Source: an uncultured delta proteobacterium (lineage in GTDB: Bacteria > Desulfobacterota > RBG-13-43-22). From it: a DNA stretch of 64,000 bases. A program made the translations under genes and the position numbers. Below, one piece after another: positions 42,776-52,814 of the stretch; positions within the stretch are counted from its first letter, which is position 1, and the number at the start of each line of letters is the position of its first letter. Location of the stretch: the NCBI GenBank assembly GCA_963838485.1, contig CAWIRY010000106.1, positions 8,255 to 72,254 on the forward strand. The letters are read 5' to 3'. The notes below the pieces were generated by a model that was not told the DNA's origin, did not search any database, and saw only the letters and a list, made by a program, of their open reading frames with translations.

Positions 42776-43093
42776 ATGAACATGAAGGTGTTATTTATTA
42801 TTTCTACCGATGAAGGTGAAACCATTTACAATGCAATGAGGTTAGCTAATATTGCCGTGAAAAAGGGCGATGAAGTCAGTGTATTTATGCTCGGCAAAGG
42901 CGTTCTTTATGAAAAGAGTAGCAATGATCAATTCAATGTCATTGAACAGGTCAATGGATTTGAGGGAGATTTTTATGTTTGAGGAGTTTGCTTAAAATCC
43001 CACGGTCTGGAGGGATCAAGCAGTTGCCCCATAGCTTGGATGGATGATCTGTACGAACTGGCTAAAGAAGCAGATAAAGTGTTGACTTTTTAA
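42776..43093 (+). CDS. DsrE/DsrF-like sulfur-relay family protein with in-frame TGA at 42980-42982; candidate selenoprotein, otherwise a pseudogene
   Basis: MKVLFIISTDEGETIYNAMRLANIAVKKGDEVSVFMLGKGV...GDFYV-[TGA]-GVCLKSHGLEGSSSCPIAWMDDLYELAKEADKVLTF*. Both halves match the DsrE fold, and the TGA aligns where DsrE-family proteins carry the active Cys (…YVCG…). A possible stem-loop GCUUAAAAUCCCACGGUCUGGAGGGAUCAAGC starts 8 nt after the UGA. Confidence 0.5.
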
Positions 43094-43256
43094 AAAATGA
43101 AGTCCTTCGAGTATTCCCTTTTCCCTTGAAAAGATTTTCCTTTGAGAGAAAAATTGCCGGGGGATGAAATAGAGTGTAATGGTCGTTTTTGTTAAAAAAC
43201 TTGATATTTGTTAAAAAACTTGATATTCTTACAGATTATCTATGATTTTTGCTTAA

Positions 43257-44297
<1,041 letters not shown>

Positions 44298-44388
44298 AGA
44301 GCAGTCCCTTTAAAAATGCCGCACGTACTTATTGTTCATCCCGCTTCCCCAGGGACAGCGAGGAAGATCAAAGTTATAGGAACATTGG

Positions 44389-45237
44389 GTGGTTATTAAA
44401 AGACTTCGAACCGTTCTGATTGTCTGGCTTGCCCTGTTGGCCCTTCTGGCCTTTTTCCCTTCCCTTTCCCAAACCGGACGGGACTATTCTCTTGTGGAAA
44501 GTTCCTTAGTCGATGGGATCCTGCCAGTCTTTGCGGTTTTTACGGCTGTCCAAAAAACCCTGAGATCTTGGTGGACCGAAATTGTTTTTTCCAGCCAGAC
44601 TCATCAGGAAAACGACCGCCTTAAAAAAGAACTCCTTCACCTGAAAACGGATAATATTCGTTTAAGGGAATTGGCTTCAGAAAATGAGAGGCTCAGAACA
44701 CTCCTGCAGCTTAAGGAACAGTTGCCCGGTCCCTCACAGGTAGCTGAGGTGGTGGGAAGCGGCCCCAGTCCTTTTTTACAAATTTTTTATATCAACAAGG
44801 GCCGGAAAGATGGACTGGTCCGCGGTATGCCCGTAATCCATCCCGATGGGGTCGTTGGGCGGTTGGAGAAGACCTCGGGCCATTATGCCCAGGTGGTCTT
44901 ATTAGACGATCCGAGTTTTGCCGTGGATTGTCTTTGTCAACGATCCAGGGTCCGGGGTATTTTGACCGGTATCCCCGGGGAAGGAAAATGCCAGATTAAA
45001 TATGTACCCCGAAACGAAGACATCCGACCCGGTGATATTATCGTCACCTCGGGTCTGGACCAGCTCTACCCGAAAGGCATGATCCTGGGCAGAGTCCTAA
45101 AGGTAGTCTCGCAGGTCCAAGGGAATTTTCTTTTCGTCGAAGTGGTTCCGGAATGCAAATTGTTGCAGCTTGAAGAGGTCCTGATCCTCCAAAAGAAACC
45201 CCCCCTGCCGGATCAGGAGGAATCCCAAGATGGTTAA
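44389..45237 (+). CDS. mreC: Rod shape-determining protein MreC
   Basis: 282 aa with an N-terminal transmembrane segment, coiled coil and MreC beta-domain. Sits next to mreB. Confidence 0.85.
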   Translation: MVIKRLRTVLIVWLALLALLAFFPSLSQTGRDYSLVESSLVDGILPVFAVFTAVQKTLRSWWTEIVFSSQTHQENDRLKKELLHLKTDNIRLRELASENERLRTLLQLKEQLPGPSQVAEVVGSGPSPFLQIFYINKGRKDGLVRGMPVIHPDGVVGRLEKTSGHYAQVVLLDDPSFAVDCLCQRSRVRGILTGIPGEGKCQIKYVPRNEDIRPGDIIVTSGLDQLYPKGMILGRVLKVVSQVQGNFLFVEVVPECKLLQLEEVLILQKKPPLPDQEESQDG

Positions 45238-45724
45238 GGACTTATTCCTCTTTTTGGGTCTGGGGCTGATCTCCCTGGTCCTTCAGTCCACCTGGCTGTC
45301 CGGGCCATGGGTCAATCCATTCCGACCGGACCTGATTTTTATCCTGATCATCTTTTTGGGGACTTTGAATCGATTGGGCCTGGGGCTGGTCGTAAGCGTC
45401 CTTTTAGGAATGCTGGTGGATGTCTTGTCCTGGGGAGGGCTGGGCCTGGCCATGATTTTATACCCCCTGATCTTTTGGATATTCTCCTATATTGGCACCC
45501 GGACCAATATTCAATCGTCGGCCTTTTCCGTAATCGCGGTCTTGGTTTTTCAGATTATTTACGGTTTTTTGGTCCATTTTTTTCTAAGCCTTTCCCGGGA
45601 CCTGGATTTTTTCAGACACCTGTCCTTTTTGATTGTGGTTCAAGCCGTCATCACCATGGTGGTAAGCATCCCCTTACTTTCTATTTTTAAGGCCTTTTTG
45701 GGGAAAAAGCCCTCTTTGAGTTGA
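45230..45724 (+). CDS. mreD: Rod shape-determining protein MreD
   Basis: 164-aa polytopic membrane protein overlapping mreC by 8 nt. Confidence 0.75.
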   Translation: MVKDLFLFLGLGLISLVLQSTWLSGPWVNPFRPDLIFILIIFLGTLNRLGLGLVVSVLLGMLVDVLSWGGLGLAMILYPLIFWIFSYIGTRTNIQSSAFSVIAVLVFQIIYGFLVHFFLSLSRDLDFFRHLSFLIVVQAVITMVVSIPLLSIFKAFLGKKPSLS

Positions 45725-47592
45725 TGTCTCCATTCACCTTGATCCAAAAAGAAGAACCGGCCGACCTGCAAAGACAATTTTTGGTGGCTGCCTTTGTGAT
45801 CCTGGCCATCTTTTTTGGACTGGCCGGCCGCTTCTGGTTCCTCCAGATCGCCAAGGCCCCGTATTTTAAAAAATTATCGGAAAACAACCGTACCCGGGTC
45901 CTGGATATTCCTCCCTCCCGGGGCATTATTTCCGACCGCCAAGGAGTCATGCTGGTCAATTCCCGGCCTTCTTTTAATCTCTACGTCATTCCCGATGAAG
46001 TTAAAAACTGGGACTTGCTTAAGGTCCAACTCTGTAAACTCCTCGACATGGACCAGGAACAGGTTGAGCAGCGCCTGGCCCAGAAAAAGGCCAGCCCCAT
46101 TCACCCCATTCCGATCAAACTGGATATAGACCAGGATGAATTGGGCCGGTTGGAGACCTTTAAGTATCTCATGCCCGGGATCTATCTCGAAGTAAGTCCC
46201 CAGAGGAATTATCCCCTGGGACCGGTGGCCCCCCACGTGATCGGTTATCTGGGAGAGATAACCCAAAAACAACTTAAAAGCGGTCTTTATCCGGATAACC
46301 GTATGGGCGATTTTATCGGCCAGTGGGGATTGGAAAAGGAATGGCAGGCCGAGTTAGGGGGAAAAAAGGGCGGGCGGATCATGGAAGTGGATGCCTCGGG
46401 CCAGGAGATTCAACTCCTCAATACCCGGGAATCCATGGCGGGAAATAATCTGGTCACTACCCTGGATTGGAATCTTCAAAAGGTGGCCCAGGAGGCCTTA
46501 ATGGGGAAACAGGGGGGCGTGGTGGTCCTAAAGCCGACGACCGGGGAGATTTTGGCCATGAGCAGCTCTCCGGCCTTTGATCCTTCCACCTTCACCCGAA
46601 AGCTTTCGGCCAAAGAATGGAACGCCTTTTATGCCGATCCTAAAAAACCTTTTCAAGACCGGGTCATTCAAGGACAATATCCGCCAGGGTCGACCTATAA
46701 AATGATTACCGCCCTGGCCGGGTTGGAAGAAAAGGTGATCGACCCGGAGACCGGTTTTTATTGCAACGGCGCACTCCCCTTTGGAAATCGGGTCTTTCAT
46801 TGTTGGAGAAAAGGAGGACATGGACTGGTCAGGTTGCACAAGGCCATCGTTCAGTCCTGCGATGTCTATTTTTATAACGTAGGTATTCGCCTGGGAGTGG
46901 ACCGCCTGGCCCATTACGCCCAGCTTTTAGGATTGGGGAAACCGACCGGTATCGCCCTATCCTCGGAAAAAGGCGGCCTTATTCCCACTTCCGCCTGGAA
47001 ACTCAAGCGCTACAAGACACCCTGGCAACCAGGAGAGACCTTGTCTCTGGCCATCGGGCAGGGTTATAATTTGACCACCCCCTTGCAAATGGCCTCGGTG
47101 ACGGCGGTTATTGCCAATGGGGGGACGCTTTATCGACCTTATTTGATCGAACGCCTGATTTCGCCCGAAGGAAGGGTGATCAAAGAAATTCACCCTCAAC
47201 GTGAAAGGCAGGTGCCCATAAGACCGGAATATCTAAGAATGATCCGTGAAGCCATGGCCGGCGTGGTAAACGAACCCGGGGGGACCGGCGGGGCGGCCCG
47301 CTTGCCGGGGGTGGTGGTGGCCGGGAAAACGGGAACGGCCCAGGTGGTTACCCTGGGAAAAAGGGGGGGCCGGGATCATGCCTGGTTTGTCGCCTTTGCC
47401 CCTTTGGAAAATCCCCAGTTGGCCGTGGCCGTTGTGGTGGAACATGGAGGTCACGGCGGTGAGGCCGCAGCCCCCATAGCCCGCAAGATATTTGAGGCCT
47501 ATTTCCACTTGCCGCCCAGGAGAAAGGCCCCCACTTCCAACACTACCGAAGAAAAAGCCCCTTCGCCGGCTGAGGATGAAAACCTTGATTGA
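45721..47592 (+). CDS. mrdA: Penicillin-binding protein 2 (MrdA, elongasome transpeptidase)
   Basis: 623 aa with SxxK (STYK), SCD and KTGT transpeptidase motifs. Confidence 0.9.
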   Translation: MMSPFTLIQKEEPADLQRQFLVAAFVILAIFFGLAGRFWFLQIAKAPYFKKLSENNRTRVLDIPPSRGIISDRQGVMLVNSRPSFNLYVIPDEVKNWDLLKVQLCKLLDMDQEQVEQRLAQKKASPIHPIPIKLDIDQDELGRLETFKYLMPGIYLEVSPQRNYPLGPVAPHVIGYLGEITQKQLKSGLYPDNRMGDFIGQWGLEKEWQAELGGKKGGRIMEVDASGQEIQLLNTRESMAGNNLVTTLDWNLQKVAQEALMGKQGGVVVLKPTTGEILAMSSSPAFDPSTFTRKLSAKEWNAFYADPKKPFQDRVIQGQYPPGSTYKMITALAGLEEKVIDPETGFYCNGALPFGNRVFHCWRKGGHGLVRLHKAIVQSCDVYFYNVGIRLGVDRLAHYAQLLGLGKPTGIALSSEKGGLIPTSAWKLKRYKTPWQPGETLSLAIGQGYNLTTPLQMASVTAVIANGGTLYRPYLIERLISPEGRVIKEIHPQRERQVPIRPEYLRMIREAMAGVVNEPGGTGGAARLPGVVVAGKTGTAQVVTLGKRGGRDHAWFVAFAPLENPQLAVAVVVEHGGHGGEAAAPIARKIFEAYFHLPPRRKAPTSNTTEEKAPSPAEDENLD

Positions 47593-48691
47593 CCGCCGAT
47601 GTATTCAGAATTTCGATTGGTCCTTGCTTTTACTGACCCTCATTTTGATGGCTATCGGGGTGGTCAATCTCTATTCGGCCACAATCCAGGCGGATGCAGG
47701 AACAGGGACCCCCATATATCTTAAACAAATCTATTGGTCTGGGTTCGGGTTCCTCCTGTTATTAGTCGTCCTTTTTTTTGATTACCATTTGTTGCTTTCC
47801 GTGGCCTATCCCCTCTATTGGATCTCCATCCTCCTTTTGATCGGCGTACTTATCTTCGGGCGAGCCATTTCCGGTTCCCAGCGCTGGTTGACCCTGGCCT
47901 CTTTTTCCTTTCAGCCTTCGGAGCTGGTTAAGGTTTCTTTACTCCTGGCCCTGGCCAAATATTTTTCCCAGAACGAAGTCAACCATCGTTACGGTTTCCG
48001 GGACCTTTATATCCCCTTCGGCATGGTCCTTTTACCGGCCCTGTTGATCATCAAACAGCCGGATTTGGGAACGGCCCTTTTGTTGATGCTGGTCAGTATT
48101 TCCCTTTTTCTTTTCTTAGGAATAGAATGGAAGACCTTGTTTATTTCTGTTGGAAGCGTTCTCCTGTCCTTACCCTTCTTTTGGTTTTTCCTTAAGGATT
48201 ATCAAAAAAAAAGGATTCTTATTTTCCTCCAGCCGGAATCGGATCCATTAAGGGCCGGCTATCATATCATCCAATCCAAAATTGCCGTAGGATCCGGGGG
48301 ATTTTGGGGAAAAGGTTTTTTAAAAGGGACCCAGGGGCAACTCCATTTTTTGCCCGAACAACATACTGATTTTGCCTTTTCCGTTCTGGCGGAGGAATGG
48401 GGTTTTGTTGGTTCTCTGATAGTGGTCACCCTATTCTTGTTCTTGATTTTATGGGCCTTAAATATTGCCCGCCAGTCCAAAGACCGCTTCGGTATGACCT
48501 TGGCCCTGGGTATCTGCTTGCTCTTCTTCTGGCAGAGCTTAGTCAATATGGGCATGGTAGTCGGATGGGTCCCGGTCGTCGGGGTCCCCCTGCCCTTTAT
48601 CAGCTACGGGGGCTCTTCGATCATGGCCAGCCTGATCGGAATCGGGCTGCTGTTAAACATCCATATGCGGCGGTTTATTATTCAGTCATGA
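47576..48691 (+). CDS. rodA: RodA (SEDS-family peptidoglycan polymerase)
   Basis: Polytopic FtsW/RodA-family protein. ATG at 47576 is in frame with the longer six-frame ORF from 47492. Confidence 0.85.
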   Translation: MKTLIDRRCIQNFDWSLLLLTLILMAIGVVNLYSATIQADAGTGTPIYLKQIYWSGFGFLLLLVVLFFDYHLLLSVAYPLYWISILLLIGVLIFGRAISGSQRWLTLASFSFQPSELVKVSLLLALAKYFSQNEVNHRYGFRDLYIPFGMVLLPALLIIKQPDLGTALLLMLVSISLFLFLGIEWKTLFISVGSVLLSLPFFWFFLKDYQKKRILIFLQPESDPLRAGYHIIQSKIAVGSGGFWGKGFLKGTQGQLHFLPEQHTDFAFSVLAEEWGFVGSLIVVTLFLFLILWALNIARQSKDRFGMTLALGICLLFFWQSLVNMGMVVGWVPVVGVPLPFISYGGSSIMASLIGIGLLLNIHMRRFIIQS

Positions 48692-50661
48692 ACGATCAAT
48701 CCCCATCACATCCGCTGATTCTGGCGCCGGCCGGCAACAAAGCCAGTTTTCTGGCCGCCCTGGCCGCCGGGGCGGACGCTATCTATTGCGGTTTAAAACA
48801 GCTTTCGGCCCGCATGGAAGCCAAAAACTTTTCCCTGGATGAACTGGCCGGGTTGACCGATCTGGCCCATCTTAAAGGGACCCAGGTCTATGTCACGCTC
48901 AATACTTTCATAAAACCGGATGAACTGAATCAGGCCGGAAAATTTATGGACGATTTGAACCGTCGGGTCCATCCCGACGCCCTGATCATCCAGGATTTGG
49001 CCCTCATCGAGCTCGCCCGGCAGACCGGATTTTCCGGCGAGATTCACCTTTCCACCCTGGCCAATATCAGTTTTGCCGCCGCCCTGCCGCTGATCAGCCG
49101 CATCCCTTTTGTACGCCGGGTCATCCTTCCCCGGGAGCTTAACATCGATGAAATTAAACAGATGGCCGGCCTTTGCCCGGAGAGGCTCGGGTTGGAGGTT
49201 TTTATCCACGGGGCCCTATGTTACGGCGTATCCGGCCGATGTTACTGGAGCAGTTTTTTGGGGGGGAAAAGCGGACTGAGGGGCAGGTGCGTCCAACCCT
49301 GCCGGCGTCTCTACCAACAGGATAAGACCTCCAAACGGTATTTTTCCTGTCAGGACTTAAGCCTTGATGTGCTGGTCAAACTCCTTTTGGCCCTTCCGGC
49401 CATTAAGGCCTGGAAGATCGAAGGCCGTAAAAAAGGCCCTCATTATGTCTATTACATCGTCCGGGCATACCGCCTTTTTCGCGACCATCATCCGGATCCC
49501 CAGGCCCGAAAGGAGGCCCTTTCCCTGCTCTCCCGGGCCCTGGGCCGGACCGGGACCCATTACGGAATCCTTTCTCAACGGCCTCAAAATCCGATTCAAT
49601 TAGAGCGGCAGACCGGCTCCGGGCTCTATGTCGGGCAGGTCTCGGGAGAGGGCAAAAGGGCTTACGTGGAGATGAAGGAGGAGCTCTTTCCCGGAGATGC
49701 CTTGCGAGTCGGCTACGAAGATGAACCCGGGCATGGCCTTTTAAAGATCGACCGCCCGATTTCAGCGGGCAGCCGATTTTTTCTAAACCAGGGAGCCAGG
49801 CTAATGCCGCGGAAAGGGGCTCCGGTTTTTTTAACCGACCGCCGGGAGACGGATTTAGTCGAAAAGATGGCCAAATTAGAATTAGAAATCAGGCCCGCCG
49901 GCCTTGGCAATCAACGACCTTCCGCTTTTCAGGCCAGACTTCCCGAAAGGCCGGTATCCCCGATAAAAGCCGTTGACCAACAGGTCTTTCGGTCGCCCCC
50001 GAAACACAGCCGGGCCAGGGAAGAAACCGGGATCTGGCTGTCTTTAGAGTCCCCTCAGAAAGATTTTTTTGACCGGGATGTCTGGTGGTGGCTGACGCCT
50101 ACGCTCTGGCCCAGGGAGGAGGATGATCTTAAATTTTTGATCGATCAATTGCTTAAAAAGGGGTATCGCCGGTTTGTCCTGAATGCTCCCTGGCAGATCA
50201 TCTTTTTCCGGGACCCCCAAAAGCTATCCCTGTGGGCCGGCCCTTTTTGCAACTTGAGCAACCCCTTAGCCATTAAGCAGATAAAATCTTTTGGTTTCTC
50301 CGGTGCCCTGCTCAGTCCAGAAATGGGCCAAAAAGATTTCCTGGCCCTTCCAGGACAAAGCCCCCTGCCTTTGGGGATCGTCCTTTCCGGCATCTGGCCC
50401 TTGTGCATTTCCAGAATTAATTCCGAACACCTGAAGCCGAACCAATTATTTCAAAGCCCGAGGGGTGAAATGGCCTGGTTGAGTTCATGGGATTCCAATT
50501 ACTGGATCTATCCCAACTGGGGGCTCAATTTGATGGCTTTCCGTAAGCAGTTGGAACAGGCCGGATATCAACGTCTTGTCCATCTGAACGAACCGATCCC
50601 GCCGGGAGTGACCCTGAAAGACCGTCCGGGGAATTGGAACTGGAAAATCGGCCTTCAATGA
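48688..50661 (+). CDS. Peptidase U32 family protein, long form (RlhA/YdcP-like)
   Basis: 657 aa, U32-family architecture throughout. Start overlaps the rodA stop by 4 nt. Confidence 0.7.
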   Translation: MNDQSPSHPLILAPAGNKASFLAALAAGADAIYCGLKQLSARMEAKNFSLDELAGLTDLAHLKGTQVYVTLNTFIKPDELNQAGKFMDDLNRRVHPDALIIQDLALIELARQTGFSGEIHLSTLANISFAAALPLISRIPFVRRVILPRELNIDEIKQMAGLCPERLGLEVFIHGALCYGVSGRCYWSSFLGGKSGLRGRCVQPCRRLYQQDKTSKRYFSCQDLSLDVLVKLLLALPAIKAWKIEGRKKGPHYVYYIVRAYRLFRDHHPDPQARKEALSLLSRALGRTGTHYGILSQRPQNPIQLERQTGSGLYVGQVSGEGKRAYVEMKEELFPGDALRVGYEDEPGHGLLKIDRPISAGSRFFLNQGARLMPRKGAPVFLTDRRETDLVEKMAKLELEIRPAGLGNQRPSAFQARLPERPVSPIKAVDQQVFRSPPKHSRAREETGIWLSLESPQKDFFDRDVWWWLTPTLWPREEDDLKFLIDQLLKKGYRRFVLNAPWQIIFFRDPQKLSLWAGPFCNLSNPLAIKQIKSFGFSGALLSPEMGQKDFLALPGQSPLPLGIVLSGIWPLCISRINSEHLKPNQLFQSPRGEMAWLSSWDSNYWIYPNWGLNLMAFRKQLEQAGYQRLVHLNEPIPPGVTLKDRPGNWNWKIGLQ

Positions 50662-51442
50662 TGATTCTGGAAGGTTCAACCCGATTCAATATTTCTCCCA
50701 ACCGCTCCCCTTTCTGACACTGGGTCTGGTAAAAATCCAGATAATGATTCAGCACCTTGAGCATTTCATTTTTCGAATAGATTTTCCCCAGGTCCTTTCC
50801 CAACTTCGGATGGCGGCCCAGTTTGCCGCCCACCAGGACGCGAAAGCCCTGGGTATCTTCTTCTAAGGTCTTGGTGGGGCAGGCGGTAATACATTGCCCG
50901 CAGGAGAGGCATTTTTCAAAATCAATGGTCGGGAAATCCTCTTCCTCCTTCAGGGTGATCGCCCCTTCCTGACAGGCCTCGAGGCAGGCGCCGCATTTGG
51001 TGCAGGCCTCTTCGGTCAGCCTGGGGCGTTTGGCTCCGATGATTCCGAAATCGACGATCTGGGGGCGGGAACAGGCGTTGGGGCAGCAGGAAAGGGAGAC
51101 CCGAAATTCGTGGTGCATTTTTAGCGGCCCTTGAACACGCTCTTTTAAAAAGGTCCGAAGGTCCCTCTTCAAAATTTCTTTTTCTATCTCCGGGGCGATC
51201 CCTTCACAGTCCACGGCCCGGTTGGGGCAGCCGGAGGGACCGAAGCAGGTCTCCACCTGGAAGCCTTTGACCTCCTGGTCCATCTCTTTCAGAAAGCGTT
51301 TCTGGCTGGCTTGGACGTGTTCCGGGGTCACCAGCGAGCTGCCGGCCTTTTTCGCTTCCTCTTCGACCTTCTTTTTAACTTTTTTGCGAACAAAAAAGGG
51401 GACCCGGGAGACCGCCTCTTCCGCTTCTTCGGTCCATTTCAT
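50525..51442 (-). CDS. Sulfite/nitrite-reductase ferredoxin-like half-domain protein with two [4Fe-4S] ferredoxin motifs and a PCP-reductase-like N-terminus
   Basis: N-terminus MKWTEEAEEAVSRVPFFVRKKV, two CxxCxxCxxxCP motifs, and ...VLVGGKLG... NIR_SIR ferredoxin-like segment. The C-terminal 50 aa are low-complexity and overlap the convergent U32 gene by 137 nt, so a 3' frameshift is possible. Confidence 0.5.
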   Translation of the reverse strand: MKWTEEAEEAVSRVPFFVRKKVKKKVEEEAKKAGSSLVTPEHVQASQKRFLKEMDQEVKGFQVETCFGPSGCPNRAVDCEGIAPEIEKEILKRDLRTFLKERVQGPLKMHHEFRVSLSCCPNACSRPQIVDFGIIGAKRPRLTEEACTKCGACLEACQEGAITLKEEEDFPTIDFEKCLSCGQCITACPTKTLEEDTQGFRVLVGGKLGRHPKLGKDLGKIYSKNEMLKVLNHYLDFYQTQCQKGERLGEILNRVEPSRIIIEGRFSSSNSPDGLSGSLPAGSVRSDGQDVDIRPVPTAYGKPSN

Positions 51443-51457
51443 CTTATAATCCTTTTC

Positions 51458-52781
51458 ACTACTGTCCCAACGTTTAATTTTTAACGGGGCCTAAGTTTAT
51501 AAAATTACGATATTTATAAGCCAAAATGTTATTTATCGATTTGAAAAAAATTTCTAAATATGGTCATACTTCTACAAAAATGGAGAAGGAGATGGCCTAT
51601 GAATTCCGGGAAAACAATTTTCGCTCAACTGATGGATTTCCTGCCAGCGTACGAATTTCGAAAATGTGTCGAGCAGTACGATGGCCATTACAAAATAAAA
51701 AGTTTCTCTTGTTGGGATCAATTTCTGTGCCTGGCCTTTGCTCAACTGACTTATCGAGAAAGCCTTCGGGATATCGAAGCCTCCTTGAGAGTGCCCCAAC
51801 CGAAACTATATCACCTGGGCTTTCGCGGCCAAGTCTCACGCGATACTCTGGCCAACGCCAACCAAGTCAGAGATTGGCGCATTTATGCCGATTTCGCTCA
51901 AGTGCTCATCCATATCGCCCGATCTCTTTATGCCAACGAAGATTTCGGTCTCGAATTGGATCAAACTGTTTACGCTCTGGATTCCACGACCATCGATCTG
52001 TGTCTGTCCCTTTTCCCTTGGGCAAAATTCCGCAAACGAAAAGGGGCCGTGAAGTTGCATACCCTCCTGGATTTGCGAGGGAGTATTCCTACCGTGATCT
52101 TTATTACTCACGGAAAAGTCCACGACATACAAATCCTCGATCATCTATGGAAAGAACCAGGGGCCATTTATCTCATGGATCGTGGTTATGTCGATTTTGC
52201 ACGTCTTTACAAAATCCATCAATCCATGGCCTTCTTTGTAACTCGGACCAAAAGCAATTTCAATTTCAACCGTCTTTATTCTCACCCCATCGACAAGTCG
52301 TCTGGACTTCAATGCGATCAAACTATTGTCCCGATGAACTTTTATGCCAAGAAAGATTATCCGGAAAAACTAAGACGCATCCGTTTCTTCGACCTCGAAA
52401 AAAACAAGCATCTTGTATTCTTAACCAACAATTTTATTCTGCCCGCTTTGACTATCACCGAACTCTATCGATGCCGTTGGCGAGTAGAGTTGTTTTTCAA
52501 ATGGATCAAGCAACACCTTCGGATCAAGGTATTCTATGGCTATTCAGAAAATGCCGTAAAGACCCAAATATGGACGGCCATCTCGGTATATGTGCTCGTG
52601 GCCATAATCAAGAAACGGTTAAACTTGGATTCGAGCCTCTACACAATTTTACAGATTTTGAGCGTCAATCTTTTCGAAAAAATCCCTATTTTACAAGCCC
52701 TCCAATCAGGTCGCATCCCGATTCTAGAGGTGCCTGCTCGTAACCAGTTGACTTTATTTCAATAACGTTGGGACAGTAGTG
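51458..52781 (+). mobile_element. IS4-family insertion sequence (1324 bp) with 9-bp target-site duplication
   Basis: Perfect 18-bp terminal inverted repeats: cactactgtcccaacgtt (51458-51475) and aacgttgggacagtagtg (52764-52781). Flanked by direct repeat AATCCTTTT at 51449-51457 and 52782-52790. Transposase 51602-52765 (DDE_Tnp_1-type, ...TIFAQLMDFLPAYEFRKCV...). Confidence 0.9.
51602..52765 (+). CDS. IS4-family DDE transposase
   Basis: 388 aa from MNSGKTIFAQLM. Stop codon lies inside the right inverted repeat. Confidence 0.85.
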   Translation, partial: NSGKTIFAQLMDFLPAYEFRKCVEQYDGHYKIKSFSCWDQFLCLAFAQLTYRESLRDIEASLRVPQPKLYHLGFRGQVSRDTLANANQVRDWRIYADFAQVLIHIARSLYANEDFGLELDQTVYALDSTTIDLCLSLFPWAKFRKRKGAVKLHTLLDLRGSIPTVIFITHGKVHDIQILDHLWKEPGAIYLMDRGYVDFARLYKIHQSMAFFVTRTKSNFNFNRLYSHPIDKSSGLQCDQTIVPMNFYAKKDYPEKLRRIRFFDLEKNKHLVFLTNNFILPALTITELYRCRWRVELFFKWIKQHLRIKVFYGYSENAVKTQIWTAISVYVLVAIIKKRLNLDSSLYTILQILSVNLFEKIPILQALQSGRIPILEVPARNQLTLFQ

Positions 52782-52814
52782 AATCCTTTTATTAGGGCAA
52801 AGCCAGACGCTTCC

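Noticed and set aside
42980-42982. Alternative reading of the DsrE TGA as a simple nonsense mutation (pseudogene)
   Set aside because: Not fully rejected. It is kept as the competing hypothesis, but the position matching the family's catalytic Cys and the clean continuation of the frame to a proper stop favour recoding over decay.
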